This document shows positions 40,128 to 49,776 of a stretch of DNA of 64,000 bases, piece by piece. A program made the translations under genes and the position numbers. Positions within the stretch are counted from its first letter, which is position 1, and every line of letters starts with the position of its first letter. Location of the stretch: assembly GCA_020633955.1 (NCBI GenBank), contig JACKCP010000011.1, positions 24,027 to 88,026 on the forward strand, written 5' to 3'. Origin of the DNA: Desulfobacteraceae bacterium. Lineage in GTDB: Bacteria > Desulfobacterota > Desulfobacteria > Desulfobacterales > JACKCP01. The notes under the pieces are model-generated. The model worked only from the letters and a program-made list of their open reading frames with translations. It was not told where the DNA came from and did not search any database.

Positions 40128-40204
40128 GTGCCCGTGGCCCAGCCGGATAGGGCGTCGGCCTCCGAAGCCGGAAATCGCGAGTTCGAGTCTCGCCGGGCAC
40201 GCCA
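40128..40204 (+). tRNA. tRNA-Arg (anticodon CCG)
   Basis: 77-nt cloverleaf: GTGCCCG-TG-GCCC-AGCCGGATA-GGGC-G-TCGGC-CTCCGAA-GCCGG-AAATC-GCGAG-TTCGAGT-CTCGC-CGGGCAC-G-CCA. Confidence 0.92.
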
Positions 40205-40449
40205 GTTAATCCCCTTGAAAATCAACTCTAAACCCTTTTAAATAAACCATTTCAGACTTTTTAAAAGCTTTCAGGTTTTATACTGCTTTTTCTTTTATTT
40301 TTCCTGTTTTTCCTACCTAAGTTGGGGAAATGGGTGGGGAAAAATCCATGGCATTTCCAAAGAATATTCGGCTGTGATTGATGAAAATAAAAGTTTCTAA
40401 GAAAATTTAAAAAAAAATTGGCACTATAGATTGGCACTACTTTAAAATT

Positions 40450-41889
40450 TTAGACTCTTATTGTTTTTGTATAATAACCCAGATTATCTTTTTTCCTTAT
40501 AAATTCAAAAATATAATCATAGTTAAAATCAAGTTCCAAATCAGAATGAGTTACATAAATCAGAGATTTATGAGGCATTTTGCAGATTGTTCTTACAATA
40601 TCTAAAACAATTTTTCTGTGAAAAGAGTCAAGGCCGTGACAGGGCTCGTCCATTATAATAAGATCAGGATCTTTTATAAGTGATCTTAAAATAAGAACAA
40701 GCCTTTGCTGACCATATGAAAGGGATAGAAAACTTTTATAAAAAAGATTATCAATATTGAATTTTTTAAAAATATATTTTGCAGTGTCAATATGGATTTT
40801 ATCCGGTTTTCTGTAAAGACCAACAGAATCAAAATAACCTGAAATCAAAACCTTATAGGCTTCAATTTTTTTATCATATTTTAAATGAAGTGACGGAGAA
40901 ACATAACCTGTATTTTTTTTAAATTCCCACAGGGTTGTCCCAAACCCTCTTTTTTTACCAAAAACCCTGACTTCATTTGAATAAACCTGAAGATTATCTC
41001 CTGTTATAAGAGATAAAAGTGTTGATTTACCACAGCCGTTTTCACCTTTTACAACCCATTTTTCTCCAGTTGAAATCTGAAGATTGATATTTTCAAGTAC
41101 CTTTTTTTCACCGTAATGAACGCTGCAGTTTGAAAGCTCTGCAATAAGCTCTTTTTTGAAATCAGGCTTGAATTTTTCAAATTCAGTCAAATCAGGAGTT
41201 TTTCCGTCTGAAATTTTTAAAATATCTGGATTGTCAATCTCAAAGACTTTGTTATCATTGACGGCAAGATATTTAAAGTTGCAGCCTGAAATTTCATCAA
41301 CCCTGTGTGTTACAAGGATAACAGCTATATCTGAGCAGCACAGATCCAAAACAAATTTTTTCAAAAGATCAACGGAGTTTGAATCAAGGCCGTCAAATGG
41401 TTCATCAAGTATCAGAAGTTCAGGGTCGTTTTCCAGAGCTTTTAAAATCTGAAATTTTCTTAATTCACCGCTTGAAAGATTATCAATTTTTTTACCTTTG
41501 AATGAATTCAGATCAAATATTTTAGAAAAAGATCTGTTTTCATCAAAAACATTAAAAGCATCGGGCTTTATTTCTTTTCCGGAATAATATTCTGCTTCTT
41601 CAAGAATTTCCTGTTTACGCAGTATTTTTCTTAAATTTTCAAAGGAAATATATGAAATATTTTTACTTAAAGGAAGTTTGTGGTAGCGGGAAATATTTCC
41701 TTTACAAATTGAAACCTCGCCTGTCAATGCCTTCATAAGCGAGGTTTTACCGCTGCCATTTTTTCCTGTCACAAGGATATTTTCTCCCCTTGAAATTGAA
41801 AAAGAAGTACCCGGCAGAACAAAAGAGCCTGGATAATAAATGGTAATATCTTTTATTTCAAGAAGAAGTCCTTTAGTCATGACAATCAA
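40450..41889 (-). CDS. tandem ABC ATPase without a membrane domain (ModF-like)
   Basis: 479 aa with two ABC cassettes. Walker A motifs are GKNGSGKTS and GENGCGKST. Signature motifs are LSSGELRK and LSYGQQR. Walker B motifs are LILDEP and IIMDEP. Confidence 0.85.
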   Translation of the reverse strand: MIVMTKGLLLEIKDITIYYPGSFVLPGTSFSISRGENILVTGKNGSGKTSLMKALTGEVSICKGNISRYHKLPLSKNISYISFENLRKILRKQEILEEAEYYSGKEIKPDAFNVFDENRSFSKIFDLNSFKGKKIDNLSSGELRKFQILKALENDPELLILDEPFDGLDSNSVDLLKKFVLDLCCSDIAVILVTHRVDEISGCNFKYLAVNDNKVFEIDNPDILKISDGKTPDLTEFEKFKPDFKKELIAELSNCSVHYGEKKVLENINLQISTGEKWVVKGENGCGKSTLLSLITGDNLQVYSNEVRVFGKKRGFGTTLWEFKKNTGYVSPSLHLKYDKKIEAYKVLISGYFDSVGLYRKPDKIHIDTAKYIFKKFNIDNLFYKSFLSLSYGQQRLVLILRSLIKDPDLIIMDEPCHGLDSFHRKIVLDIVRTICKMPHKSLIYVTHSDLELDFNYDYIFEFIRKKDNLGYYTKTIRV

Positions 41890-42917
41890 AAATAAAGCGG
41901 ATAAATTTCAACTCTTCTGTTAAGGCTCTTATAATATTCACTTGTATTTGGAAGAATAGGCATTGCCTCTCCAAATCCTTTTGATTCTATTCTCAAGGAA
42001 GAAATATTTTTTTTCTGAAGATAAGCCCTGACAGATTCAGCTCTTTTTTTGCTCAAGGTTAGGTTGTATTTTTCATCGCCTGTATTGTCTGTAAAACCTC
42101 TTAAGCTGAATCTTGCTCCGGCAAGCTCAGGGGAGTTTAGAACTCCTGATATGATATCTAAAAAAGAGGCTGCTTTAGAATTTATTGCGCTGGAATCAAA
42201 ATCAAAATTAACCCTTAAAACAATTGAAGTCCCAAATTCATTATTGCTGTTTTTAAGACTCAGCATGGCATCCTTTAAATTTTGTGCAAAGCTTTGTTCC
42301 TGAAAATTATCAGAACTGAATAAAACCTTTTTTTTGTATCCTGATTCTTTTTTATCTTTGCTTTCAGTTTCTGACTCATCTTTTTTTATGCTGTCTTCTT
42401 TTTTTACCAAAGCTCTTTTTCTGAACTCAATCTTATCAATCATTGATATGTCTATGTACTCGGGAACCCAGGTATTGTTGTAGTCGTCAAATCTTAAAAC
42501 AGATATTTTTTTAGAGGGAGTATTGTTTCCGCTGTATTTGTAAAATCTTGCATTGGAAGTATTTTCTTCTGTTTTATCCAAAAATTTTATTTTCAAGCTA
42601 TAGTTATCAGAAATACCCGGCACCCTGTCCACAAAATCGATTTCCGAAACTTTGGTTAACAGATCATCTTTTAAAATAAAATGTACAAGATTATCTTTAT
42701 CTGAGGTGTATTCCATTTGAGATATGTTTAAATCAGTAACCCTTACATTTGGATTATAGACATCTCTTTTTTCATTATTATCTAGAGGCAGGGTAAAATC
42801 TTTTGATAAAATCCTTGAATTATCCTTTAAATGAACAACAAGATTTGCTGAATATAGACGAATAACTGACAAAAAGAAAATTACAATAGAAAAAAAAATA
42901 AGTTTTTTTTTCATCAT
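41886..42917 (-). CDS. exported OmpA-family (peptidoglycan-binding) protein with novel N-terminal domain
   Basis: 343 aa with signal peptide MMKKKLIFFSIVIFFLSVIRLYSA. The C-terminal OmpA-like domain reads GFTDNTGDEKYNLTLSKKRAESVRAYL...NRRVEI. It overlaps the ABC gene start by 4 nt. Confidence 0.8.
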   Translation of the reverse strand: MMKKKLIFFSIVIFFLSVIRLYSANLVVHLKDNSRILSKDFTLPLDNNEKRDVYNPNVRVTDLNISQMEYTSDKDNLVHFILKDDLLTKVSEIDFVDRVPGISDNYSLKIKFLDKTEENTSNARFYKYSGNNTPSKKISVLRFDDYNNTWVPEYIDISMIDKIEFRKRALVKKEDSIKKDESETESKDKKESGYKKKVLFSSDNFQEQSFAQNLKDAMLSLKNSNNEFGTSIVLRVNFDFDSSAINSKAASFLDIISGVLNSPELAGARFSLRGFTDNTGDEKYNLTLSKKRAESVRAYLQKKNISSLRIESKGFGEAMPILPNTSEYYKSLNRRVEIYPLYF

Positions 42918-43027
42918 GCCTCCATATTTAAAGACTGCCTTTTAAGCAGAAAACAACAATTATTATTATCTATGCTTTTCAATAATTCCATTTCAACTTA
43001 AATTCGGCAGCCTTCAAAAAAACTTAA

Positions 43028-44401
43028 CTAAAGATAGGTTTTTATGTACTTGTCAACAAGGGTTTCAGCTGCTCCTGTGTATGTTTGAGGAGTAAGCTTC
43101 TTGAGCCTTTCCTTTTCATTTTGAGGAAGATTTTCAAGGGAATCAATAAATGTATCAAGTTCCTTCCTTGTTATTCTGTGACCTCTTGTAAGCTTTTTCA
43201 TTTTTTCGTATGGATCTTTTTCGCCAAAAGCTCTCATCACAGTCTGTACAGGCTCTGCAAGAAGTTCAAGATTTTCTTCAAGATCTTTTTTCAATGCTTC
43301 GCTGTTAAGCTCAACTTTTGAAAGACCTTTTAAAATAGAATTACCTCCAATAAAAAGATAACCAAAAACTGCGCCAATATTCCTTAATACTGTTGAATCT
43401 GACAAATCTCTTTGAAATCTTGAAATAAGAAGCTTTGAACCAATATGTTCTGCCATTGCAGAACAAAGTCCGAAGTTTCCTTCACTGTTTTCAAAATCTA
43501 TTGGATTGACCTTATGTGGCATTGTTGAAGAACCAACCTCCCCTTCCTTGATTTTCTGCTTGAAATACCCAAGGGAAATATATCCCCACATATCACGGGC
43601 AAGATCAATTGAAATTGAACAAAGCCTTGAAATTGAGTGAAGGTTTTTTGCAATATAAGAGTAGGGATTAATCTGGGTTGTATAAAAAAGAGGTTCAGCT
43701 CCAAGATATTTTTTTATAAAATTTTCAGATGCTTTGGCCCAGTCTATATCCGGAAAAGCAGAAATATGAGCATTAAAATTACCTGTTGCGCCGTTCATTT
43801 TGCCTTGAACCGGAAGGTTTTTCAAAGTTTCAAGCTCTTCTCTTATTCTCCATGCAAAATTGATAAGCTCTTTTCCCATGGTTGTAGGAGTTGCCGGCTG
43901 TCCGTGTGTTCTTGACATCATGGGTTCTGATTTAAATTTGATTCCCAGATTTTCAACAAGATCAAGAATTTGATTAAAAAGTTCAAGAGCTTTTTCCCTG
44001 CCTCTTTTTATCATAAGACAATAAGAAGTATTATTGATGTCTTCTGACGTACACGCAAAATGAATCCATTCCTTTAAGTCAGAGAGGTTTTTTGAGCCAT
44101 TATCAAATTTTTCCTTTAAAAAATATTCGCAGGCCTTAACATCATGATTTGTAACCTTTTCAATATCTTTTATTTTTTGTGCATCATCAGCACTGAAGTT
44201 TTCAATTATTTTATTCAGATACAATCTGTCTTCATCTGAAAGATTACCAAATTCCAGTTCTTCCATTAAAAAAATAAACCATTTGATTTCAATTTCTATC
44301 CTGTGCTTTATAAGACCGAATTCAGAGAAAATATCCGATAAAACTGAAGTATGTCTTTTGTATCTACCGTCTAGAACTGAAATAGACAGAACCTGATTCA
44401 T
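43028..44401 (-). CDS. purB: adenylosuccinate lyase
   Basis: 457 aa. Shows the fumarate-lyase signature GSSTMPHKVNP, TSEDINN and MSRTHGQPATPTTMGKE. Confidence 0.95.
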   Translation of the reverse strand: MNQVLSISVLDGRYKRHTSVLSDIFSEFGLIKHRIEIEIKWFIFLMEELEFGNLSDEDRLYLNKIIENFSADDAQKIKDIEKVTNHDVKACEYFLKEKFDNGSKNLSDLKEWIHFACTSEDINNTSYCLMIKRGREKALELFNQILDLVENLGIKFKSEPMMSRTHGQPATPTTMGKELINFAWRIREELETLKNLPVQGKMNGATGNFNAHISAFPDIDWAKASENFIKKYLGAEPLFYTTQINPYSYIAKNLHSISRLCSISIDLARDMWGYISLGYFKQKIKEGEVGSSTMPHKVNPIDFENSEGNFGLCSAMAEHIGSKLLISRFQRDLSDSTVLRNIGAVFGYLFIGGNSILKGLSKVELNSEALKKDLEENLELLAEPVQTVMRAFGEKDPYEKMKKLTRGHRITRKELDTFIDSLENLPQNEKERLKKLTPQTYTGAAETLVDKYIKTYL

Positions 44402-44433
44402 TTTTTTACTCCCCTTATTTTAAAATTCTAATT

Positions 44434-44868
44434 TCAATATATAATATAATCTTCCAGATTATCCTCATCAACATCTTTTCCGGAAACAGCTTTGCCAAAA
44501 GCTGAAATTCCCAGTTTATGCACCAGAGTCCTGTCCCCTGAAACAAGATAGTGCCAGTCAGGCAGTTTTTTCTCCAGAAAAAGGATTCTGTATGAGCAGT
44601 TTGTGGGAAGATAATTAATATATTTTTCAAGATAATCAACACTTAATTTTACGCAGTCTTTTTTTTGCTCGCATCTTTTTTCATAAACACTGCAACGTAA
44701 GGAATCAAGTTCCAGGTAAATACAGGATACACAGGTAAAATAAAGTTCATCTGTTTCACTGTCGATAAGTTTTTCCATGCAGCACAGCCCGCACCTTGAG
44801 CATATAAGCTCCCACTCATATTCTGTAAACTCATCCATTTTTTTAAATCTGAAAAAATCTTTTTTCAT
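44434..44868 (-). CDS. ycgN: YcgN-family cysteine-cluster protein (UPF0260)
   Basis: 144 aa. EYEWELICSRCGLCCMEKL...DELYFTCVSCIYL...CSVYEKR is collinear with E. coli YcgN. Confidence 0.8.
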   Translation of the reverse strand: MKKDFFRFKKMDEFTEYEWELICSRCGLCCMEKLIDSETDELYFTCVSCIYLELDSLRCSVYEKRCEQKKDCVKLSVDYLEKYINYLPTNCSYRILFLEKKLPDWHYLVSGDRTLVHKLGISAFGKAVSGKDVDEDNLEDYIIY

Positions 44869-44896
44869 TCAAGTAAACCGTTGGGTTAATAATCGC

Positions 44897-44934
44897 AAAA
44901 AAAAAGCATCTTCGACCTTTTAAGGTGAAGATGC
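44897..44934 (-). terminator. rho-independent terminator of the cold-shock gene
   Basis: The minus strand has GCATCTTCACC-ttaaa-aGGTcGAAGATGC (11 bp with one bulge) followed by a 9-nt T-run. Confidence 0.6.
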
Positions 44935-44961
44935 TTTAAATTTCCAAAAATATAAAAAAAA

Positions 44962-45162
44962 TTAAATTTTTCTCACATTGTCAGCGGCAGGTCCTTTTGG
45001 TCCTTCTTTGATTTCAAAAGTAACCTTGTCACCTTCGTTCAGTGATTTGAAACCATCTGAATTGATTGCTGAAAAATGAACAAAAATATCTGTACCGTTT
45101 TCCTGCTCAATAAAACCAAAACCTTTTTTGTCACTGAACCACTTAACTACTCCGTTTGCCAT
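44962..45162 (-). CDS. cspA: cold-shock protein (CspA family)
   Basis: 66 aa. The sequence [33 protein letters not shown] carries the RNP1/RNP2 motifs. Confidence 0.95.
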   Translation of the reverse strand: MANGVVKWFSDKKGFGFIEQENGTDIFVHFSAINSDGFKSLNEGDKVTFEIKEGPKGPAADNVRKI

Positions 45163-45278
45163 CTAAACTAACCCTTTCTTAAATTTAATAGTATAAAAGT
45201 TTCCATTTATCAATTATTCCATATTAATAATTTGAGCAATTGACAAAGAAACCGGACCGCCATAAATACGGTATAAAA

Positions 45279-45307
45279 ATATTAATTTTTTTTTTATTTA
45301 AGGTCAA
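45279..45307 (-). promoter_or_regulatory. candidate sigma-70 promoter with ~110-nt leader for the cold-shock gene
   Basis: On the minus strand, TTGACC (45307-45302) is followed by a 17-nt spacer and TAATAT (45284-45279). Long 5' leaders are characteristic of cspA-type genes. Confidence 0.4.
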
Positions 45308-45502
45308 GATTAAATATTTGTTTGGTTTTCAATGTTTATTATAAAATAGCTTAATTGAATATTTTAATCTGATCATATTTATCAGGAGGTTAATCTAAGC
45401 ATGATATAAATGTGAAAACATTTGAACAGACAATTTTATCCATTGGATATGTGAAGCATTATTCATTGCTCAGTTTAGTTAAAAATCAATCTGTTTATAA
45501 AT

Positions 45503-45537
45503 AGTGACTGCCCGAAAATAAGGATTTTCTGTTCAGT
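45503..45537 (-). repeat. copy of the ~35-nt intergenic repeat family
   Basis: AGTGACTGCCCGAAAATAAGGATTTTCTGTTCAGT has about 28/35 identity to the reverse complement of the 17502-17535 arm. A weaker opposed copy at 45642-45672 would delimit a ~170-bp element. Confidence 0.5.
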
Positions 45538-45691
45538 TGCCAAATAACTTTTCAATAAACCAAAACCGCTTTTTTCCATAATGTTTACGGGTTAAAAAGC
45601 TTAACAACCTATGCTGAAGTATAATTTTTTTACCGGAACCGGATAAAAATATCAGTTTTCAGCCAACCAATACAAACAACGGGGAAAATCA

Positions 45692-46075
45692 ATGATTACT
45701 GTTTGTGCCGCTATTATTTTTAATGAAAAAAAAGAAAGGATTCTTATTGGAAGAAGAAAATCAGGTGAATTTAAAGGATACTGGGAATTCCCCGGAGGAA
45801 AACTTGAAGCCGGTGAAACCCCTGAAGACTGCATATTAAGAGAACTTGAGGAGGAACTGTGTGCAAGATCAGAAATAGTTTCTTTTTTCCATGAAGTGAT
45901 CCATGAATATAAATCAAAAAAAATTAAACTTGTTTTTTTTGAAGTAAGATTGATTGACCAGAAACTATGCACTAATGATCATGATATTGTGATCTGGGAA
46001 AAACCTTCGGAATTTAAAAATTATAAATTCCCTGAAGCTGACCTGAAAATTATTGAGATGCTTAATCAGTCATAA
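45692..46075 (+). CDS. mutT: Nudix hydrolase (MutT-like 8-oxo-dGTP diphosphatase)
   Basis: 127 aa with Nudix box GGKLEAGETPEDCILRELEEELC. Confidence 0.8.
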   Translation: MITVCAAIIFNEKKERILIGRRKSGEFKGYWEFPGGKLEAGETPEDCILRELEEELCARSEIVSFFHEVIHEYKSKKIKLVFFEVRLIDQKLCTNDHDIVIWEKPSEFKNYKFPEADLKIIEMLNQS

Positions 46076-46103
46076 AAAAAGGCAGCCCAGTAAAGACTGC
46101 CTT
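46073..46103 (-). terminator. terminator of the HesB-like selenoprotein gene
   Basis: The minus strand has AAGGCAG-tctttactggg-CTGCCTT followed by TTTTTTT, 22 nt after the TAA at 46125-46127. Confidence 0.5.
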
Positions 46104-46124
46104 GAATGCAAAAGTATTTATTAT

Positions 46125-46442
46125 TTAAACAGCACAGCTTCCGCCTGAACCGCAGCTGCTGCATCCGCCAGGTCCAAAGTCAATACTTGAATCAACTTTA
46201 AACCCTGTTGCAAGGTAATCTATCTTTACAGGTGAAGCCTGCTTCAAGAATTCTTTTTCTGCTATGAATTTAAAACCTTCAATTTCAAATACATCGTCTG
46301 TGTCTTTCTGCTCATCCAGAGCAAGTGCAATTGATGGACCTGCTCAACCGCCGCTTGCAACAAAAACTCTTACAGGCATAATTTCTTTGTCTGCAAAGAA
46401 ATTTTTTATTTCCTGTATTGCACTTTTAGTTACTTCAATCAT
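46125..46442 (-). CDS. HesB/IscA-like Fe-S assembly protein with in-frame UGA (predicted selenocysteine)
   Basis: This gene is absent from the ORF track. It starts at ATG 46442-46440, with a GGAGG RBS 8 nt upstream. My translation is MIEVTKSAIQEIKNFFADKEIMPVRVFVASGG-U-AGPSIALALDEQKDTDDVFEIEGFKFIAEKEFLKQASPVKIDYLATGFKVDSSIDFGPGGCSSCGSGGSCAV*. TGA is codon 33 (46346-46344), at the position of the conserved GGC(S/A)G cysteine. Seventy-two further stop-free codons follow. The gene has its own terminator. Confidence 0.75.
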
Positions 46443-46494
46443 TATTTTGCCTCCGTTAAAAATTTTGTGCTATTTTTAACACAACTGTTTTAAT

Positions 46495-46529
46495 AACTCA
46501 ATAGATTATCTCAATAAATCTATTGAGTT
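46495..46529. terminator. 11-bp inverted repeat downstream of clpB / upstream of the HesB-like gene
   Basis: aactcaataga-(13 nt)-tctattgagtt. No clear U-run on either strand. It could be a clpB terminator or an operator. Confidence 0.3.
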
Positions 46530-46583
46530 GTATCAGGAAAGAGAATAGTTTTAAAAATAAGTTACAATTTATTTCAAATAATA

Positions 46584-49163
46584 TTACATTAATTCAAAGA
46601 CTATTTCCCCATCCCTTAAATAAGCCTCCACCCTGCTTCCGTCTGTTATTTCACCTTTAAGAATTGCAAAAGAAAGCTTGTTTTCAATTAAATTCTGAAG
46701 TGCTCTTTTTAGAGGCCTTGCTCCAAAATCAGGCGAATATCCTGCTTCAGCAATATAATCAAGAGCATCTTCTTTTATATTTATACAGATATTTCTTGCT
46801 TCAAGTCTTTTCTTAAGATTTTTAAGCTGAATTTTAACAATTTCCTTTATCTGTTCTTTACCAAGATTATGGAACACAATTGTTTCATCAATTCTGTTTA
46901 AAAATTCAGGCTTAAATGAACCCCTTAGTATCTCTCCAACCTTTTGAGTCATTTCACTATAGTCTTTATTTGCATATTCAAGAACAAGGTGACTTCCAAT
47001 ATTTGAAGTCATAATTATTATTGTATTCTTGAAATCAACTGTTTTTCCATGGCCGTCTGTGAGTCTTCCGTCATCAAGAATCTGAAGCAGAATATTAAAT
47101 ACATCAGGATGGGCCTTTTCAATTTCATCAAAAAGAATAACACAGTATGGCCTTCTTCTTACTGCTTCTGTAAGATATCCGCCCTCTTCATAACCAACAT
47201 AACCAGGAGGAGCACCAATAAGCCTTGAAACAGCATGTTTTTCCATATATTCAGACATATCAACTCTGACAACAGCATTTTCGCTGTCGAACAAAAATTC
47301 TGCAAGAGCCTTGGCAAGTTCTGTTTTACCAACGCCTGTCGGCCCGAGGAAAATAAAAGAGCCAATTGGTTTATCAGGATCAGATATTCCAGACCTTGAT
47401 CTTCTGACAGCATCTGACACAGCTTTTACTGCTTCATTTTGACCGACAACCCTTTTTACGATCCTGTCTTCCATAAAAACAAGTTTTTCCATTTCGCTTT
47501 CAAGCATTTTGCTTACAGGAATCCCTGTCCATCTGGATATAACCTGTGCAATATCTTCTGAATCAACTTCCTCCCTTAAAATTGAATTTTTTGCCTCTGT
47601 TGATTCCTTTTCAGCCTTTTCAAGCTCCCTGTTAAGCTCATTCATTCTTCCATATCTTATTTCAGCAACCTTGTCGTATTTTCCTTCCCTTTCAAGCTTT
47701 TCTGCTTCAATACCAAGTTTTTCCAGTTCCTCCCTGATATTTCTGACCTTCCTGATTTTGTCTTTTTCAGTCTGCCATTTACCTTTTTTCTCAAGAAGCT
47801 CCTCTTTTAAAGCAGAAAGCTCTGATTCAATTTTTTCAAGCCTTTTTTTAGACCCCTCATCTTTTTCTTTTTTTAGAGCCTCCCTTTCAATTTCAAGCTG
47901 AGTGGTTTTTCTCTGAATTTCATCAATTTCAGCAGGCATTGAATCTATTTCTATTCTAATTTTGGAAGCAGCCTCATCAATCAAATCAATTGCCTTGTCA
48001 GGGAGAAAGCGGTCTGCAATATATCTGTTTGAAAGTGTCGCAGCTGATACTATGGCTGAATCCTTTATTCTTACCCCATGATGAACTTCGTATTTTTCCT
48101 TCAGCCCCCTTAAAATTGAAATAGTATCTTCAACATCTGGCTCTCTTATGATCAGAGGCTGAAATCTTCTTTCAAGGGCAGAATCCTTTTCAATATATTT
48201 TTTATATTCATTAAGTGTTGTTGCACCTATACATCTTAATTCACCTCTGGCAAGTGAGGGCTTGAGCATGTTTGAAGCATCCATTGACCCTTCTGCCGAA
48301 CCAGCGCCCACAAGAGTATGAAGTTCGTCGATAAACAGTATTATTTCACCTTCAGACTTTTCTATTTCCTTTAAAACAGCTTTGAGCCTGTCTTCAAATT
48401 CTCCTCTGTATTTTGCTCCGGCAACAAGAGCACCAAGGTCAAGTGCAATAATTCTTTTATCTTTTAATGTTTCTGCAACATCACCTTCAATTATTCGTCT
48501 TGCAAGTCCCTCTGCAATTGCTGTTTTACCCACTCCCGGCTCACCTATGAGCACGGGGTTGTTTTTTGTTCTTCTTGATAAAATCTGAACAACACGCCTT
48601 ATTTCATCATCACGTCCAATAACAGGATCAAGTTTTCCTTTTCTAGCAAGTTCTGTAAGATCCTTGCTGTATTTTTCCAGTGCCTGATATTTTTCTTCAG
48701 GATTTTGATCTGTAACCACGTCGTTTCCCCTTATATCAACCAAAATTTTTAAAATTACATCTTTTGTAAGACTGTTTGCTTTGAAAAGCTTTTTGATCTT
48801 ATCTTCTGCATTGTCTATTAACGAGATCAAAATATGTTCAACGCTTACATACTGATCCTTCATATTTTCTGCTATGGCAAATGATGCATCCAGAACCTTG
48901 TGAGCATTTCTTGAAATGTATACTTCGCTGTTTGAACCAGAAACAGAAGGAATTTCATTTAAGAGAGCTTCAACGCTTTTTTTAAAATTTTCCCTTAAAA
49001 CTCCTGCTTTCCCTAAAATTATTGAGGTTATTCCGTTGTTGTCTTCAATCATTGAATTTAAAAAATGAATATTTTCTATTGCCTGATGGCCTTTTCTCAG
49101 GGCAAGACTCTGGGAATTGGCAATTATTTCCTGTGACTTAACTGTCAGCTTATCAAATCTCAT
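46584..49163 (-). CDS. clpB: ATP-dependent chaperone/disaggregase ClpB
   Basis: 859 aa with two AAA+ modules ([30 protein letters not shown]). A long middle coiled-coil domain lies between NBD1 and NBD2. Confidence 0.97.
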   Translation of the reverse strand: MRFDKLTVKSQEIIANSQSLALRKGHQAIENIHFLNSMIEDNNGITSIILGKAGVLRENFKKSVEALLNEIPSVSGSNSEVYISRNAHKVLDASFAIAENMKDQYVSVEHILISLIDNAEDKIKKLFKANSLTKDVILKILVDIRGNDVVTDQNPEEKYQALEKYSKDLTELARKGKLDPVIGRDDEIRRVVQILSRRTKNNPVLIGEPGVGKTAIAEGLARRIIEGDVAETLKDKRIIALDLGALVAGAKYRGEFEDRLKAVLKEIEKSEGEIILFIDELHTLVGAGSAEGSMDASNMLKPSLARGELRCIGATTLNEYKKYIEKDSALERRFQPLIIREPDVEDTISILRGLKEKYEVHHGVRIKDSAIVSAATLSNRYIADRFLPDKAIDLIDEAASKIRIEIDSMPAEIDEIQRKTTQLEIEREALKKEKDEGSKKRLEKIESELSALKEELLEKKGKWQTEKDKIRKVRNIREELEKLGIEAEKLEREGKYDKVAEIRYGRMNELNRELEKAEKESTEAKNSILREEVDSEDIAQVISRWTGIPVSKMLESEMEKLVFMEDRIVKRVVGQNEAVKAVSDAVRRSRSGISDPDKPIGSFIFLGPTGVGKTELAKALAEFLFDSENAVVRVDMSEYMEKHAVSRLIGAPPGYVGYEEGGYLTEAVRRRPYCVILFDEIEKAHPDVFNILLQILDDGRLTDGHGKTVDFKNTIIIMTSNIGSHLVLEYANKDYSEMTQKVGEILRGSFKPEFLNRIDETIVFHNLGKEQIKEIVKIQLKNLKKRLEARNICINIKEDALDYIAEAGYSPDFGARPLKRALQNLIENKLSFAILKGEITDGSRVEAYLRDGEIVFELM

Positions 49164-49321
49164 ATTGCTTTATTCTCCTTATGATAGATATTAATTTACC
49201 CAATCAGTCTTGACAGATTAAATAAATTCTTTAATTTGAAATTTAAGCATTTGATAAATGTTGTCAAATATTGAAAGATAAAAAGGCTTGATTTTTGCAT
49301 ACAAAAAAACAAGGAGAAGTA

Positions 49322-49759
49322 TTGATTAATTCATTTATGGATGAAGCAGTAAATTCTGGCGCTGAAGCTGTTTTACCAAAAAACTTAAAAGACAAATGGC
49401 TTGACCCCATTTGTGAAGCAGGAGCTGAATTTCTAAAGTCAGCTTTCAATGAAAAACAAGAAGACCCCGAAACATTTTTAAACCACGAAAAAGGCCTGCT
49501 TCTTCTTGCAGCCGCATCTGAGCTTATTCAGTCAAGATATGACTACCCAGCCGGATTTCACATTGCAACGCTTCCACAGGATATCTTATTTGAATATATT
49601 TCCTGTTATTCACTTGCAGCTCTTCTGGAAAAGGGAAAAAGAGAATCTTTGTTTGAGATTCCAGATATTGATGAAGACAATATTTTTGATCAGGATTTTA
49701 TTTCTGAAATTGAACAAAAAAATCCTGCTGTAACCAGTTATCTTTACAGCAGGATTTAA
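49322..49759 (+). CDS. hypothetical protein
   Basis: I placed the start at TTG 49322 (AAGGAGA RBS 5 nt upstream). ATG 49337 is an alternative start. No recognisable motif. Confidence 0.5.
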   Translation: MINSFMDEAVNSGAEAVLPKNLKDKWLDPICEAGAEFLKSAFNEKQEDPETFLNHEKGLLLLAAASELIQSRYDYPAGFHIATLPQDILFEYISCYSLAALLEKGKRESLFEIPDIDEDNIFDQDFISEIEQKNPAVTSYLYSRI

Positions 49760-49776
49760 AAAGGATTTTAAATTTT

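Noticed and set aside
40418-40440. Direct duplication TTGGCACTA-tagA-TTGGCACTA (sigma-54 -24-like TGGCAC) and 245 bp of non-coding DNA after tRNA-Arg, as a possible island att site
   Set aside because: The spacing and -12 element do not fit TGGCAC-N5-TTGC. No plus-strand gene lies downstream. There is no integrase and no repeat of the tRNA 3' end, so there is no evidence for an integrated element.
45340-45400. AGGAGG followed by a two-codon mini-ORF (ATG ATA TAA) as a possible leader peptide
   Set aside because: The SD-to-ATG spacing is about 11 nt, which is too long. There is no downstream attenuator structure or gene in that orientation.
46264-46479. 71-aa plus-strand ORF
   Set aside because: It lies antisense to the much better supported HesB-like Sec gene, which has an RBS, family motifs and a terminator on the minus strand.
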